64,000 bases of DNA from Eutreptiella sp. 'Long Island Sound 2002' (Eukaryota > Protista > Euglenida): contig OZ038378.1 of NCBI GenBank assembly GCA_964036045.1, positions 181,660,001 through 181,724,000 on the forward strand. The letters are read 5' to 3'. Below the pieces are notes generated by a model, which was not told the origin of the DNA, searched no databases, and worked only from the letters and a program-made list of their open reading frames with translations. Position 1 is the stretch's first letter; the number at the start of each line of letters is the position of its first letter. Shown here piece after piece: positions 24,698 through 37,805 of this stretch. The position numbers and the translations under genes were made by a program.

Positions 24698-26550
24698 CTG
24701 CAGGCCCGAGCAGGAGCGTAGTGCAGGGCAGCCGGGTTGGGGTGGTGCAGACACTGTCCGTTGAGAACGGGGGAGGAGAGGCTGAGCTTGGGGGGCAGGG
24801 GGGGGGGGGTTGAGATGGGCACAGCATGCCATCCTTCTAAATGATCGCTCCGTCGCGCTGATAATTTTGAGGTTGGTGTTTTGGTGGGCCTCTCCTTGTG
24901 GGCTTTCTTGTTCGCCGCTGCAGGACTGACTTTTCAAATGGAGGGGGGGGGTGTGGGGGCATTGATGTGGTCAAGTAAGTGGATACCCATTTGACTCTAG
25001 GCGTGCGTGCCATCACGTCCTTCATCGGCCAAGTTGTACAGATTGAGTCCTTGAGCATCCAACTTTCTCCTCAATTGTTCTGCGTCCCTTACCCTCCATG
25101 AATCAGGTCGGGGCATAACAACTCCTTTGAATCCCTCAAACACTGGCAAGGCATCGTGGGTCAACTCTTGGTCTAAATTTCTTATAGTCCCCCTCCTTTT
25201 CCAGTCGCCACACCAGAGCGGCCTGGTCCCTCATCGGCCTGTATTGGAGCAGGATCGGGGAAGGGGGTGTTGTGTTCACAAAGCAGGCCTGGTGCGCCAG
25301 GCTCCCACAGGTGCAAAATTTGACCAAGCGAAGATCCAAATACATTTTTTGTGGTTTACACCCAAACACACGTTTTTTAACGTCACCTGAGTACCAAAAA
25401 CAAGTGAGGAAATTCTTTTTTGCCATACCCACGAGCACACTGTTTTGTTTTTGCTGCAACCCGAGTAAACTTTTTGGCAAAAGTGAAGCAACTCAAAAAC
25501 TGCCATTGATACTAGAGGAGGTGAACGGACATCCTGGGTACCCTAGGTATGGAGAAAGCAATGGAGCTTTGTCTTCCACTTCACCATAGTTGTACCATAG
25601 GAGAGGTGGCCGCCTGGTGACAACATTGAGCAAATAATGGGTATGCTACCGTAAAATGGCATGAAATTGTACACTCCGCCATGTGTGTAGTCAAAAGAGG
25701 CACCCCTCTAGGACCTTGTGTCACTTTCTATTGCTGACACTTGTTGAAAGTTGTTGATGGCTGAGGTCAAGGGGATTACATGCTCGGCTCATGGGCTTAA
25801 ATGCCAAGGGTGTCAAGGCTTTGCTTGGAGGCGGCATCACTGACTTGGAGCGGGTGGGGGTGGCCTCAATATGTTGTTGCGCCTTGACAACAGCACCAAC
25901 CAAAGCAAAGGGGGGGCGAGGCAGGAGGTCTCAACTGCGGTGTTGGAGGCTAATGGGGGAGCAGAGTGTAACAAGAACGTCCACCAAGCTTCCCCAACGG
26001 GCAACCACCTCCTTGAACAAGGGTAAAGATTGGTAGCCAAAAGACCAACCATATCTTTGAAAGCAGCTTTTCATCTCAGTTTGAGCATTGGCTGGACTAA
26101 AGAGCCACCCAATGGCTTCCAAACGCACACTTTGAAAGCCATCGTGAAATGGGGGGAGACTGGGCCCTCTTTGCAAAGTAAGGGGGCACTACACCGCTCT
26201 GGCTATGCATCCCCTGCCGGGTCTCCAAAGTGGAGAAGAGTGATGCGACTGCATAACCCCCACGATAACTCCAAAGCAGAGAGGAGTCAAACGGTTCCAT
26301 AACACATGCTGTATCGGGGGGACTACATGGTGGAGAAGAGTCAAATGGCTGCATAACCCCTTACCACATTGGGGTCTCCAAAGCAGCGAAGAGTCTAATC
26401 GCTCCATGACCCTTACGGTATCGGGGAACCCACTAGAATATCAGGAACTCCATACTGGAGAGGTACCATGTGGCTGTGTAGCCCCTGCCGCATTGGGGCC
26501 ACACTCCAAAAAGCGTGTGGATTGTGGGTACATATCCCCCACACTATATA

Positions 26551-27097
26551 CCCCCCCCCCTGTCCAACGAACAAATTTGTCCTTCACAAGTACAGTCTGA
26601 ACAGGAGTGTTTGTTGGACACACCGTTTGGTGGGCGCGACAATATTTTGAAACAGCGGTAACGCATCCCTAGGCACAAGATACCCAGCCCATTCAATGCA
26701 CAAGGAGCACTTTTGAGAGGAGAAGCCCTTCATGCGGAAAAGCTGAACATGCTCCCCGGGCTTGGGGCCCTTTTTGTTCTTGGCACGGGCAGAAGCTCAC
26801 CAGTGTGGTACCGCTTGTATAGCAACTCCCGGCCAGGTGCAAGCAGAGTGCAATCAGTCATGGTGGGCAATAGAGGTCCTGTAGTTGAGGGACACCATTC
26901 CCTAACAACCTGCTTTACCAATTTGCCCACCATTACTGCAAGATAGATCATAACAGCCCCTCATTTTCCCAAACCTTTAGCCTGAAACCGCGGTTCTGAA
27001 GCGGTGCCTAATTCAGTACCCAATTAATTTGGCCCCCAAAAAATACCGTCTGAACGGAAGTGTTCGTTGGACACAGTGTTTGTTGGACACGAAGGGG
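26551..27097. mobile_element. MITE-like element with TGTCCAACRAACA inverted repeats
   Basis: C-run + TGTCCAACGAACA at 26551-26573. Inverted copies TGTTCGTTGGACA and TGTTTGTTGGACA at 27061-27089, then GGGG. Confidence 0.55.
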
Positions 27098-27371
27098 TGG
27101 GGGAAGGTTAGGGGCCTTACTCTCGAAAAAAAGTCTCATATAAACTAAGCTGTAAAAGTACACAGTGTGGGAGGACAGGGTGGAGGGGACTTGATGCCAC
27201 TACCTACACCATCCGACAACCACATAGGCACTGGTCAGAGCGTCACACTTTGTGCCCAAATAGAATGAAATAGAACCATTGGTAAATCCTAATAGTTTGG
27301 TCACACATGCCAATCCAGCAAATGCCACAGATATCCTTTTGCCCTGGACACACATGTTATACCACACATAC

Positions 27372-27432
27372 CTATGGAGCACACTTGCTGCGGCATCGTG
27401 AAGTTGCTGCCCAGTGTAACTTGATTCGGAGT
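27372..27432 (-). CDS. 61-nt exon (TPNQVTLGSNFTMPQQVCSIG)
   Basis: Acceptor ctttcattgtatcAG and donor AG|GTATGT. Bridges a phase 0 exon to a phase 1 exon exactly. Confidence 0.7.
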
Positions 27433-28239
27433 CTGATACAATGAAAGAGGGGTGTGGGCCGGATACCAAGGGGGCTACATGCGGTTAAGAAATGCAAGAG
27501 GGGCTGTGCCTCCCGCCTCCCATGAACTTTCCCTTTCCCCTTCCTTTTCCTTTGCTGCCTGATCCTTGACCTTTGCTTCCTCTGATTGTGGAGGTGGCCG
27601 CCCACATTTCTTGTGAAAAAAATTCCCCGCCAGGGTGCCGGGGTGCCTGCAGTGGCAGGGTGGGTTGGGGGAAGGAGGGGTTGAAATGCCTTTTCAATAT
27701 TTTTTCAGTCGTACTTGAATTCTCCATGAAATTTGAGTGCACACACACATGGCGAAGAGAAGATTTTACCCCTTGCTGTGAACAAAAAAAAAAATTCGGC
27801 GCCTCGGCGTCCAAGGGGACAGGCAAAGTCTGGTGTGCAAAAAAAGGGGGGGGGGTTTAAAACGTGGCATTCCAAAATCCATCACTTTCTGAACCTTCGT
27901 GACCGCCTGCCCCCATTTGGGAAACCTAGCATCATGTCCAAAACGTGAGAACCGATGCGCCCCTGGCCATGGTCTGGTTACGAGCCAAAGCAACGATGAA
28001 ATACATCAGGCAATTACGTGGGCATGATGATGGTATCGCTCAGGAGGCTGTTTCATAAATAAAGGCTGCAACGTTACCCACGTCAACACGTCCACACAAT
28101 CATTTCTCATAAGATACTACACGCCCCCTGCTGCCCTACCTCTGCACGAACGACCACAAAGGCGCCGAAAGGTGCAGAAACAACAGCAGGTACCATGCCC
28201 CCCTGGCTGGCCATGCCGCGCAACACAAAAGTCGCATAC

Positions 28240-28475
28240 CAGACGATAAGTGCAGACATCGTTGGCCTGCGCAACCACGAGCAGCAGGTGGTCATCCAAC
28301 GCATGAACACCGGCACATGTGACAGGTCCTGTGCCGTGCACTGGCAGCCGCTTCAGGGGGCTTTTGGTGGTGGTAGGCGGCTGCGATGTGCACCAGCCGA
28401 TATACAGCTCTCCATCGGTGACGACCACCACACAGCCATCTGCCCCGAGGGGTTTGTAGTGCAAGGAGGGCATGC
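28240..28475 (-). CDS. Beta-propeller-like exon (MPSLHYKPLGADGCVVVVTDGELYIGWC...VTCAGVHALDDHLLLVVAQANDVCTYRL)
   Basis: Acceptor gtcggcAG and donor CTG|GTATGC. Repeated beta-strand pattern. The four spliced exons read as continuous WD40-like blades. Confidence 0.7.
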
Positions 28476-31400
28476 CTGCCGACCCTCAACCAGTTTGGCA
28501 CCGCCAGTGGGCCATGAAGCGCCTGTGAACAGAAGGACACCGGCTCCCAAGCGCATGTTGCGTTCTTGACCAAAAAACCAGCGGTCAGGAAACGACGGTC
28601 ACAATGGGTCAGTGCGCTGTAAGGGGCTTTAGCTGGAAACCGCTCTGTCTACGAGAGCTGATTTTTCTTCTTACCCGTCGATGAAGCGTCGAGCTGTCTT
28701 CATTGCTCCGTTCCTTCACCGAATGTGACAGACAGCCATCTCCCCCTCCCCCACACAGCTGATTTCACTTGATGTGGTGGGGTCTGCGGGCGCTGGGTGC
28801 AGCTCACTTCAGGGGATGCCTCGTGGCTTCCGGCTGTCATTTCTAATGGCCCTCTGTAGCATAACAAGGGCCCATCTTACACCCACAATCAGAGTAGCCG
28901 GATCACAAGTCACCCTCCCTTGAGTGGAGGGCAGTAAGTCAGTTTGCACACCTTGCCATTTGAAATCTTTACCCCCATTCTATTTTTAAGTGTTTGGGGG
29001 GCAGTAACAGTGCAAATTCTGATATTTTGCTTGAGCAAGACCCTACTGCTTGTTGCATTTTGGCATTTAATGCAAATTATATAGATTTGGCCTCAAATGC
29101 ACAAACTGAATTGGGAGGTGCATACATGAGTGTGCATGGGATGTGTGGGTTCATATTGCCATTCATGGTTGTGAAATGAAAAAACAATGCTGCCAAAATG
29201 CCAAACTGAGTGTTATTCACACTAATGTCATTGGATAGCAAATCCCTTTTGTGTTGGCAAAGTTGTGTTACTTTGGATGACATTGGCACTATTCGGGGGC
29301 CACACGGTCAGCACACCAACTGAAATTTACTACGGCACCAGGGTAAAATTCTCCAAAAGAAAATTAGGGCCTGATTTCATCATGTGCAAAAGGTTGTGCA
29401 AAATCTAGGTTTACCACGAGGGTGTTTGTGCGCAACGCCCTTTATCTAGGAGACTGTACTGGAACAAACCTCAACACCACCTATGACTGAAAACACCACA
29501 TGCAAGGGCCAAAAAGGTTGGAAATAAAAGTATTTGGAGCAATACTGATGCACCACATCTTCCCGCAATGACTTAGCCCACACAATACGAGCAACCATGT
29601 TCCTCAAGAAAAATTGGCGACCTTGAATTAGGTCTTAATTAAGCCCATTGAGGCAACAATGATTGATTGAACTACTTCCCACACCATCCACACAGTGAGG
29701 GTGTCCCTAGCTCTCTTGCCTAGGTCAATGATCACATTCACAGTGTTCACAAAGCATGATGCAATCTTTCAAGAGTGTTGTGGGACCTATTGTCTCTCAT
29801 AATGTTTATCTACACCTCAGGGAACATTTATCACAGTAACCGCAAAACATCCCAAATGTTGCACACCCATGTTTTGCAACCTCCACTGTCATTTTGCGTT
29901 GAAAGAAATTAGTTTACCAGGGGCTCTAAGGATTTTAGGTTTCATGTGTGTTGTTTGTAAATGAAAATGGCCTGATTTTCACAGCTGTTTTGTGGTAAAT
30001 TTTGGTCCAGAAATGCGCCCAACATCCAAATCAATGTTCTGGCCATCTATCCCAATGTAAAACCCCGGTCATACTGAGCTTGGGGCGCCCTTTTCACCAT
30101 TGCAAAAGTACAAGTCATTCATGCATGATTGGAAGAAGTGGTGGCGGGGGAGTGTAATGACAATATTAACCTCTTTTGGAATCATTACTTGCTCTCTTGG
30201 GCACTAAAAGAATTGCCCAAATCCCATCATGCTAGGCTAGGTCAGAAAATCCCATACAGACACATGCCCTAAAACGGTTCCCTCATAAGCACCAGTATTG
30301 TCAAACATTGTGTCCTAGCACAGAGGGGGAATGTTTGCCCGGTGCGCACCCGGTGCGCTACTTTTCTATTAACGATCCTGACTTCAGCCCCAGATTTACC
30401 CTCTCATGGAGAAACCCCCCAAGTAGACCACGTTGCACTGCACACCTTCCCTACAAAGCACATTGCATAATAAGGCAATAGCTGTGAATTCAACAACACC
30501 AAATGTCATTTGTATTGTACTTAACAAACAACATTGGTCCCACAAGTGTGGGTGTCAATACATTCATCACAATAGTGCTCTTCACACTCACCATAAAATG
30601 TAATGGTGGAACGCTTCTGACAACACAACACACACACTTTTACCTCATCCTCACCTCATCTTGCGTGGTGGCCAAATTGCTTTTGTCAGTCCAAACATGA
30701 GGCGGGACATGCTCCCATTGTCCATAGGGGGGGGGGGGGGGGTGACGCATATGCCTGCGAATGCAAAATTGCGTAAAATGCAACAAAATACAGACTAACT
30801 GGTGCTGACTGGGTCCCCATGGTGGGGAGAGATCAATATGGCTACATCACCCCCGCCTTCTCGGGGTCCCCTGGTGGGGAGAAATCAAGGAGTGTCAATC
30901 TAGTAAGGAGTGGATGTGGTGGAAACGAGCAAAAAATGGATGAAAATGGGTGAAACTGGGTGAGAATCCAAATATACCATATCCCCAATGTGAAAGAAGC
31001 ATCAAAATACCTGTTTTCAAACAACAATAATGCCCATAGTATCGCAAAGTATGGGGTTCTAGGACGGCTAGACGTCCAAATAGTTGCATTGCGCGCGCGG
31101 ACTGAATTTTGCTACGGCTTTGTAGTAAAATGAGTAGAATGTGTGGTCGCATCTGTTGGCTGTTTTATTCGTTGTTGTCGCAAAAGCTATTCTTGAAGTA
31201 CCATGCCCCTATTAGCCCTCTTTACACAAATAGGTGCAAAAGCACAAAAAAATTTAAAAACCGCGCCTCCTATTGTTTGCAGAAGCTGTTTGTGAAGGGA
31301 GTTCTCTGCGCGGCACTGCCAATTTACCACCTTCACCACATCTAGTCAATACTTCAACTTGGAGGTAGTCATGCTCCACTGCCATCAACATCAATAAAGT

Positions 31401-34400
31401 GTACAAAGAGAGGATCTAAGAACTAGGAGACAAAGAACAAGAGGCAGGATGCCCCAAAGACCGACCAAAGGAAGTGGGGTAGGAGTCGTCCCCCCATGGT
31501 CCTGAAGTTTTGGAACGCAATTTTTGGGGCATCCCAGAAATGCATTCACCTAAGAACTTTTCGGCGCTCTTCTGTGTTGCACAAATGGGGTTCCAATCCT
31601 TTTTCCAAAACTGTCGAGGCAAAAAGGCAATATGAAGCCAATAAAAGGGGAACAGTGGCTTTTTTTTGCAAGATACAATCAGCCACAGCAACTATATGAA
31701 AATTATGCTGAAGGTGGGGAGGAAATGTGGCCCTATCACTTGGCAGGAAAATGTGGCCCAATCACTGGGGGGGGGGGGCTGGGACCCCAGACCCCACCCA
31801 CTAGTGCTGAATTGTTCAGTGAACCCTGCCCCCAAAACACCCCAAAACATCCTCCCACAATGGCAACGGCATTCCCATAGAAAAAACATAGAGGTCACCA
31901 CCATAATCGGGTCACCACCATAATCGTTGTTCATACATTTCTCTACAAGTGAAGCAAGAACGAGAATGGGGCAAGATAAAATGCAAGGGAGGGGCGACAA
32001 GTGGCAAGACAGAAATCAGCGTCGCAGCCCCAAATCACTGAAAAAAAATGCTCTTCACGGACAACCAGGAAATGGCAAGTTCCATTGTTCCAAAGGAAAC
32101 AGTACCTCGTGCTGTTTGGACAAGAGCACTGTGATCGCTCCGTGGGGGGGGGAGGGGGGTTGGCATGGCAAAAGAAAAGATCTTCTTTCCTCAAGAACAT
32201 TTCTAGACACCAGAAATTGAAGTGAAGCGCCCCAAAACCGGGCAGAGAGGCGACACGGCTCCAGCAATGTAAAAAAAAAAACAAAGACCTTCAATTATCC
32301 CCACCGACATACCTAGGGTTCACTCAAATGTCTTCAAGTAACCTTGTCTGCTGACTCTGCCCGAACATGTCCTTGAACTCCCCAAATGCTATGGCACCGC
32401 AAGTTTGCGGTGTTCCCCCGGCCTTGTCGCACTACCATCAAATATATTGCGCTTCTGCTGCGAACATCGCCAGCTAGCTTTGTCCATACACGGAGTGCAC
32501 GTGGTGAGGGTGTAAAGTTCCTGTTTCGATTGCACCGCTCAACGTATAAAAGCAGTGGGTCGCACACATGCACAGCGCGCGCACACACACACACACACCC
32601 GCAGGGGACACACGCACAGATGGACAGGCAGACAAACAGAGGCAAGCAAGGCAGGGAGCCAGGCAGCTAGGCAGGCAGGCAGGCAGGCGAACAGACAGAC
32701 AGACAAACAGACGGACAGACAAACAGACAGCAGCAGGCGGGGCGGGCGGGCAAGTCGAAATACAGATCGGGTCCTCAGACGCACGGTGCATCATTATATC
32801 GCATTGCACGGCTTTGGGGGCAGAAAATCTCATCAAGAATCACAATGGCTTGCAGCAGTGCTCTCATATTCCGAACTTTTGAGGTCAGCCCCACCAGATC
32901 TGACACTGAGGCAGACATCCAGTTTGTCTGCAGAGGAAGTGGCGCCAACGGCAGAAATACATGACGAAATGGACGCAATGGTCAAGGAAGAGTGACTGGG
33001 TGCGCCCTCTGCTCCAGTGGTAGCTATTCCGGTTGAGGGTGAGCATGGCAATGGACAGCGGACTCGTGGCAAAGCCGTGGGCCGTAATGATCTGACTTGC
33101 TGGTCTGTCGGGAGTGTTTGAGGAAGGAAGGAAATCATATTAAGGAGCCGTCGGGAGTGTTTGACAAAACCGCCCCGAATTCCAACAGAGGTGCAAACAA
33201 CGATCAGGGTATGCCTCAATAGGCCGCGACGTCATGCAAAGCATGCGCCCAACAACTGCTAAAAACAATAAGACCCAACTTCCGACCCAGCGGCAAACAT
33301 ATCAGCCCCACATGATACTGATTGCGATCAGCAACGCAGCAACCCTCTACACTCACGGTCAACGATTGTATCTTGCAAACTAACCTTCTCTACACCAATC
33401 TCTTCTTCTCTTGCGCAAGCCTCTTGCGCTGTGGCGTGTCATGTGGTCTCCGACATCCCTTGTGAATGGGCTGCCTCGTGTGTAATTGGCGCAGTTGTAG
33501 GTCCTCCCTCTTGACCACTTCCTCAAACCAAACACGCCGCTCCAGTATGCACGTATCACCTTCGGGACCGCAAGATGCCCGTTTCACCGTTTCATCACCG
33601 GGTAGGACTGGCACAAGGCGCCGCTTGTGCAAGCGGGGGTCCTTAAAGACTAGTTGGTTACCAGGTGGCCCACTGGTAATCAGTGCCACGCCTCTTGTGT
33701 GACCGGCTCGTTGATGGACATCATGTGTGGGCAAAAGTGGGAGAGGGAATTGGGGTGCACCTTTGGGGATTGGGTTCGGAGAAAGTGGGGGGGCACAAGG
33801 CATAAGGATTGCCGGTTTGCACATCCGGTACAGATGCCAGCATATTGTCAGATGAGGTTAAAAAACCCGCGCTGTGACGCGGGTAATGTGACCGATCCCG
33901 TAGCATGTGCTTGACTGAAATCGGTTCAGTGGAATATCAGTGGATAGTGATAATCGGTACAGCAACCGCCGGCGGTGGACTGCCGACCGCCAAATCATGT
34001 GTCTAGACTTGCCTTGATCGCCCCAAAAACAAGAAAAATCTTGTCCCTGATGGGGGCCCGTTGATCCCAGGTCCATGGCAAAGGGTTATGGGTTCACTTC
34101 GCGACGCGTGACCCTTGAGACATAATTTGACCGCTGCGAGCGTTCAGGGAACACACGCGACACACCGCAGCCGTGCAAGGACGATGGCCCATGCTCGGAC
34201 CCTCCGGGTCACGAACGAGGCCATCAGTCAATCATGGCAAGAGTCTGCGGTCACGGCACGCACTGCCACGCGTGGGTTCGGATATCACGATCCAACGCGT
34301 GGGTCGCCAAAGGAAGGCGATTCAAACAGGGACAGTCGAAGTCAAGGAAAGCGACGGTGAGACAGGGGGGGCCGATTCTGCACAGCGCGGGCACAACGTG

Positions 34401-35007
34401 CCCACAGCGCCTGACAGTAAATTAGCTTTCCGGTGACCCACCCTGAAAACACCCACCATCGGGGAAGGTCCGTCCACAGGGCAAAAACAGCAGATTTAGA
34501 CAGAAATCTGGCATTTTTGGTGGGACGTATGATTTGTTTTAACTTGTTATCTGAGTTTTTCGACTGAGTAAGAATCTGGGCAGTCCTGTGTATGGGAACA
34601 CAATAGTTACTGCTGTCACCTTGGCCATCGCGAGAATGAGTCCAAAATAGCCTGCTTTTCGCACAGCGCACGGCGCGCCCCCAGTAGTAGCCAGACAAGA
34701 CGTGAAAACACCTCCAGGTCCACGACCGCCATCGGGCCCTCCATGTGCTCTCGCACCCCCTCAGCACTCCACACCCCCTCTGCTGGTTGTGCCCACGCCG
34801 CCGTTTGCGATTTTTCCGCGGGTGCTGCCCCACGGCGCAATGAGACCCCCGATCTCGACCTCCCGTGGACCCCTTGGGCATGGGAGACATCTACGTGCAC
34901 ACATGCAGCCCCACAGATAACGGGGCGAGGGGCAGGGGCGGGAATGGGGCGGCGCCAAATGGGCTTGGTTTGGGCTGGGCCAGGATGGTCAGGGACATCG
35001 AACGTAC

Positions 35008-35112
35008 AAAAGAGCGGGTGCGGGCGGTCCGCAAGGCTGTCAAGGCAGTCTGCAAGGGCATGTTCTGGAGGAGGATAGCATCAAAGGGGGTTGTAGGGTT
35101 GACAGCGCTGGG
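35008..35112 (-). CDS. Exon (PSAVNPTTPFDAILLQNMPLQTALTALRTARTRSF)
   Basis: Strong acceptor tttttcgcttcctAG, donor TTT|GTACGT, 35 codons. Confidence 0.6.
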
Positions 35113-35334
35113 CTAGGAAGCGAAAAAGATTAGAGACATGCAGGCGTACGACACAGGGACGAGGGCAGTCGGTAGGAAGGTCCATGCAGATGTTGGAGTG
35201 GAGTTTTGCAACATGCACTACGTGGTATGGTACGAAAGTGAGTTGGGAGGTATAAGACACACAGTACGAGCTGGGGGTTGATCAGAGCTGCTGAGGGTCA
35301 CGCGGAAGGGATGACAGCGTCGCAAACAGAACAA

Positions 35335-35822
35335 ATAGAGAGAAGAATGAGTGGCTGTGCTGTGTTTCTGCAGCTGTGCTGATGGGACTGGGTGTGGGAG
35401 AGTTGTACAGCAGACGAGGTTCCCAAGGGTCACAGAGCTCTGTGGAGGCTTGCAATGAGCTGTACAGAGTAAGAGAGGCAGCGCTGAGCTACGGCAGGCT
35501 GCGCAAGCGTTGCCCATTGCTACAACCCCCCGGGGAGCGTTCTTGTTCCAGCAGAGCGTCATGGGCTTCATGAGGTGACCCGCCTACTTTGGTCTGCAGT
35601 TGGTGTTGCGCGATGTGGTTTTCTGGCGCACATGCCTTGAACGAGGCAGACTGCAGCACCCTACTGTCGGCTGCCGGCTGGAGATTGAGCACATGGGGCA
35701 CTTCGGCTACGGTCTCAGGCTTTGTCTCGGGCTTCGGCGGAAAATGTTTCCTCTTGACAAATGACAGTTGAACACAAAAAGGGGAAATGTTGCTGAAATT
35801 CGAAGTATTGGGGTCCGCATAC
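35335..35822 (-). mobile_element. Introner-like element, copy 2 (inside an intron of the neighbouring gene)
   Basis: Near-identical to the whole intron 37336-37805 (roughly a dozen substitutions plus small indels by eye). Starts GTATGCGGACCCC; the terminal TAG is changed to TAT. Confidence 0.75.
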
Positions 35823-36530
35823 CCCCCGAAGGAATGCTGAGCTATTGCACGTGTGCACAAGAGGCAGTCAGCACAAAGCGCAGAAAGAAATTTGGCTCGT
35901 CAGTGGCCTAAAAGACCATCATAGGCACCTTTCTGTCACAAGAATGAGGCACCAAGATGCCAGTGGGCAGGCCACCAACACGCATACCTCCCCCCCCCCA
36001 TCTCCCCGGTAGATGGGGTGCACGACCCGCCCAGACGTAAGAAGCTTTTTGGCAAAGGGAATTGTACCTTTAGAATCCTGTCCTGATGTTGGTGTGCGTC
36101 TTGCCAGCGCGGGGGTGCACAAATCTTGCCCTTGGGATATGCAGCCGGCACTGCACACCCACAACATTCCGCCACTTGTGGTGACTGTGACCCAGACCCT
36201 GGGAATCAGAAACGCGTGCATTTCGGTCATTCCCCCAACAGGACACACGCATCCGACGACTAATCCTGAACACGATGGCTGTGATACGGACTGGAAATCC
36301 AAAATGCGTCCTGGGGACACGGAGGGTGCAGAGCAGAAATGGTTTGGAAAACACAACACCGATGCTGCATAGGCCTTGATCAGGCCGCTTCCCGGCAGGC
36401 CCCTTGTACGGCATTCGGTGTGGGCGGGGCCTGCAAGTCCACAACTGCACCGGCAGGACGGCATGCAAACCCACGTGTGTGCTAGACAGCCCAACAGGCC
36501 CGAGCCCTCCACAGACCGACCCGTACGCAC

Positions 36531-36593
36531 CCAGGCCCCTTGGAGCCTACGCAGACCCACTAACAGGTCCCTGACCGCAAAATCCTCCTGAAC
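36531..36593 (-). CDS. Probable exon 2 of the long gene (VQEDFAVRDLLVGLRRLQGAW)
   Basis: Donor TGG|GTGCGT, 21 codons, phase 0/0. Confidence 0.45.
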
Positions 36594-36706
36594 CTCGCCG
36601 CAAATGGTGCGAAGCGGGCGGACAGTGCACGTCGGGCAACCAACCGACCGACCGACCGACAGACAGACAGACAGACACGCTGCCCCACAGAGGGCCAAGT
36701 CCTGAC

Positions 36707-36793
36707 CAAAACGTCCACGAAAGGGCTTCCGGGCCTACGCCTGGACCTCAACAGAACACTGGCCAATGATCCCCGTCGGTTCAGGGCCAACAT
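36707..36793 (-). CDS. Probable first exon of the long gene (MLALNRRGSLASVLLRSRRRPGSPFVDVL)
   Basis: ATG at 36793, donor TTG|GTCAGG, 29 codons. Confidence 0.4.
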
Positions 36794-37026
36794 GCGTCTT
36801 TTCACAGTTCAAGTGCCGTTGCTGGACCGCCCACCGCCGTCGGGTAACCGCAAAAAACTCTGCCACCGACAAGCTCGGACGGCCCTCCAGGTGACGGCCT
36901 TACGGGAAATCCCCGGGGCATGAACAATGATATGCAGGCCCCCCGAAGGGCAGAGGGCCCAAACCGCGGGTTCGGATGTCGCGGGCGCGTCTCACCTTCC
37001 CCCACGTCCGCATTCTGCGGAGGCAG

Positions 37027-37335
37027 CTACAGGGGCGCCATGGCCGAGATCTTCATGGTCCTCGGGGGCACGAAGTCGTTTCGGACGATGCGGCAGTTCG
37101 GCCGGAACGTCCGCAGGATGTTGACCTGCGCCTCGGGGATGCACGAGTTCGTGACGACCAGCTGGCTGAGGGTGTGCACGTCGTGCATGAGGTCCATGAG
37201 GGACTGCAGCTCGATGCCCACGCAGGAGGAGATGTCCAGCGCCTCTAGCTGCTGGCAGCAGCTGTTCAGCTGCCGGATGCTCTCGTCCGAGACCCCCTTG
37301 CACCCGCTGATCGACAGGGACTTGAGACACGGGCA
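37027..37335 (-). CDS. LRR gene, exon 6 (last): CPCLKSLSISGCKGVSDESIRQL...MAPL*
   Basis: Acceptor tttttctctAG at 37337-37336. Continues the LRR register. Stop TAG. Confidence 0.9.
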   Translation of the reverse strand, partial: CPCLKSLSISGCKGVSDESIRQLNSCCQQLEALDISSCVGIELQSLMDLMHDVHTLSQLVVTNSCIPEAQVNILRTFRPNCRIVRNDFVPPRTMKISAMAPL

Positions 37336-37805
37336 CTAGAGAAAAATGAGTGGCTGTGCTGTGCTGATGGGACTGGGTGTGGGAGAGTTGTACAGCAGAC
37401 GAGGTTCCCAAGGGTCACAGAGCTCTGTGGAGGCTTGCAATGAGCTGTACAGAGTAAGAGAGGCAGCGCTGAGCTACGGCAGGCTGCGCAAGCGTTGCCC
37501 ATTGCTACAGCCCCCCGGGGAGCGTTCTTGTTCCAGCAGAGCGTCATGGGCTTCATGAGGTGACCCGCCTACTTTGGTCTGCAGTTGGTGTTGCGCGATG
37601 TGGTTTTCTGGCGCACATGCCTTGAACGAGGCAAACTGCAGCACCCTACTGTCGGGTGCTGGCTGGAGCTTGAGCACATGGGGCACTTCGGCTACGGTCT
37701 CAGGCTTTGTCTCGGCTTCGGCGGAAAATTTTCCTCTTGACAAATGACAGTTGAACACAAAAAGGGGGAATGTTGCTGAAATTCGAGATATTGGGGTCCG
37801 CGTAC
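37336..37805 (-). mobile_element. Introner-like element, copy 1: forms the entire 470-nt intron 5 of the LRR gene
   Basis: CAG|GTACGCGGACCCC...TTTTTCTCTAG|TGC. Homology to 35335-35822 ends at both splice sites. Confidence 0.78.

Noticed and set aside
35823-35841. 14- or 19-nt micro-exon in front of introner copy 2
   Set aside because: Not needed: exon 36531-36593 joins exon 35008-35112 directly in phase 0. It cannot be excluded without RNA data.
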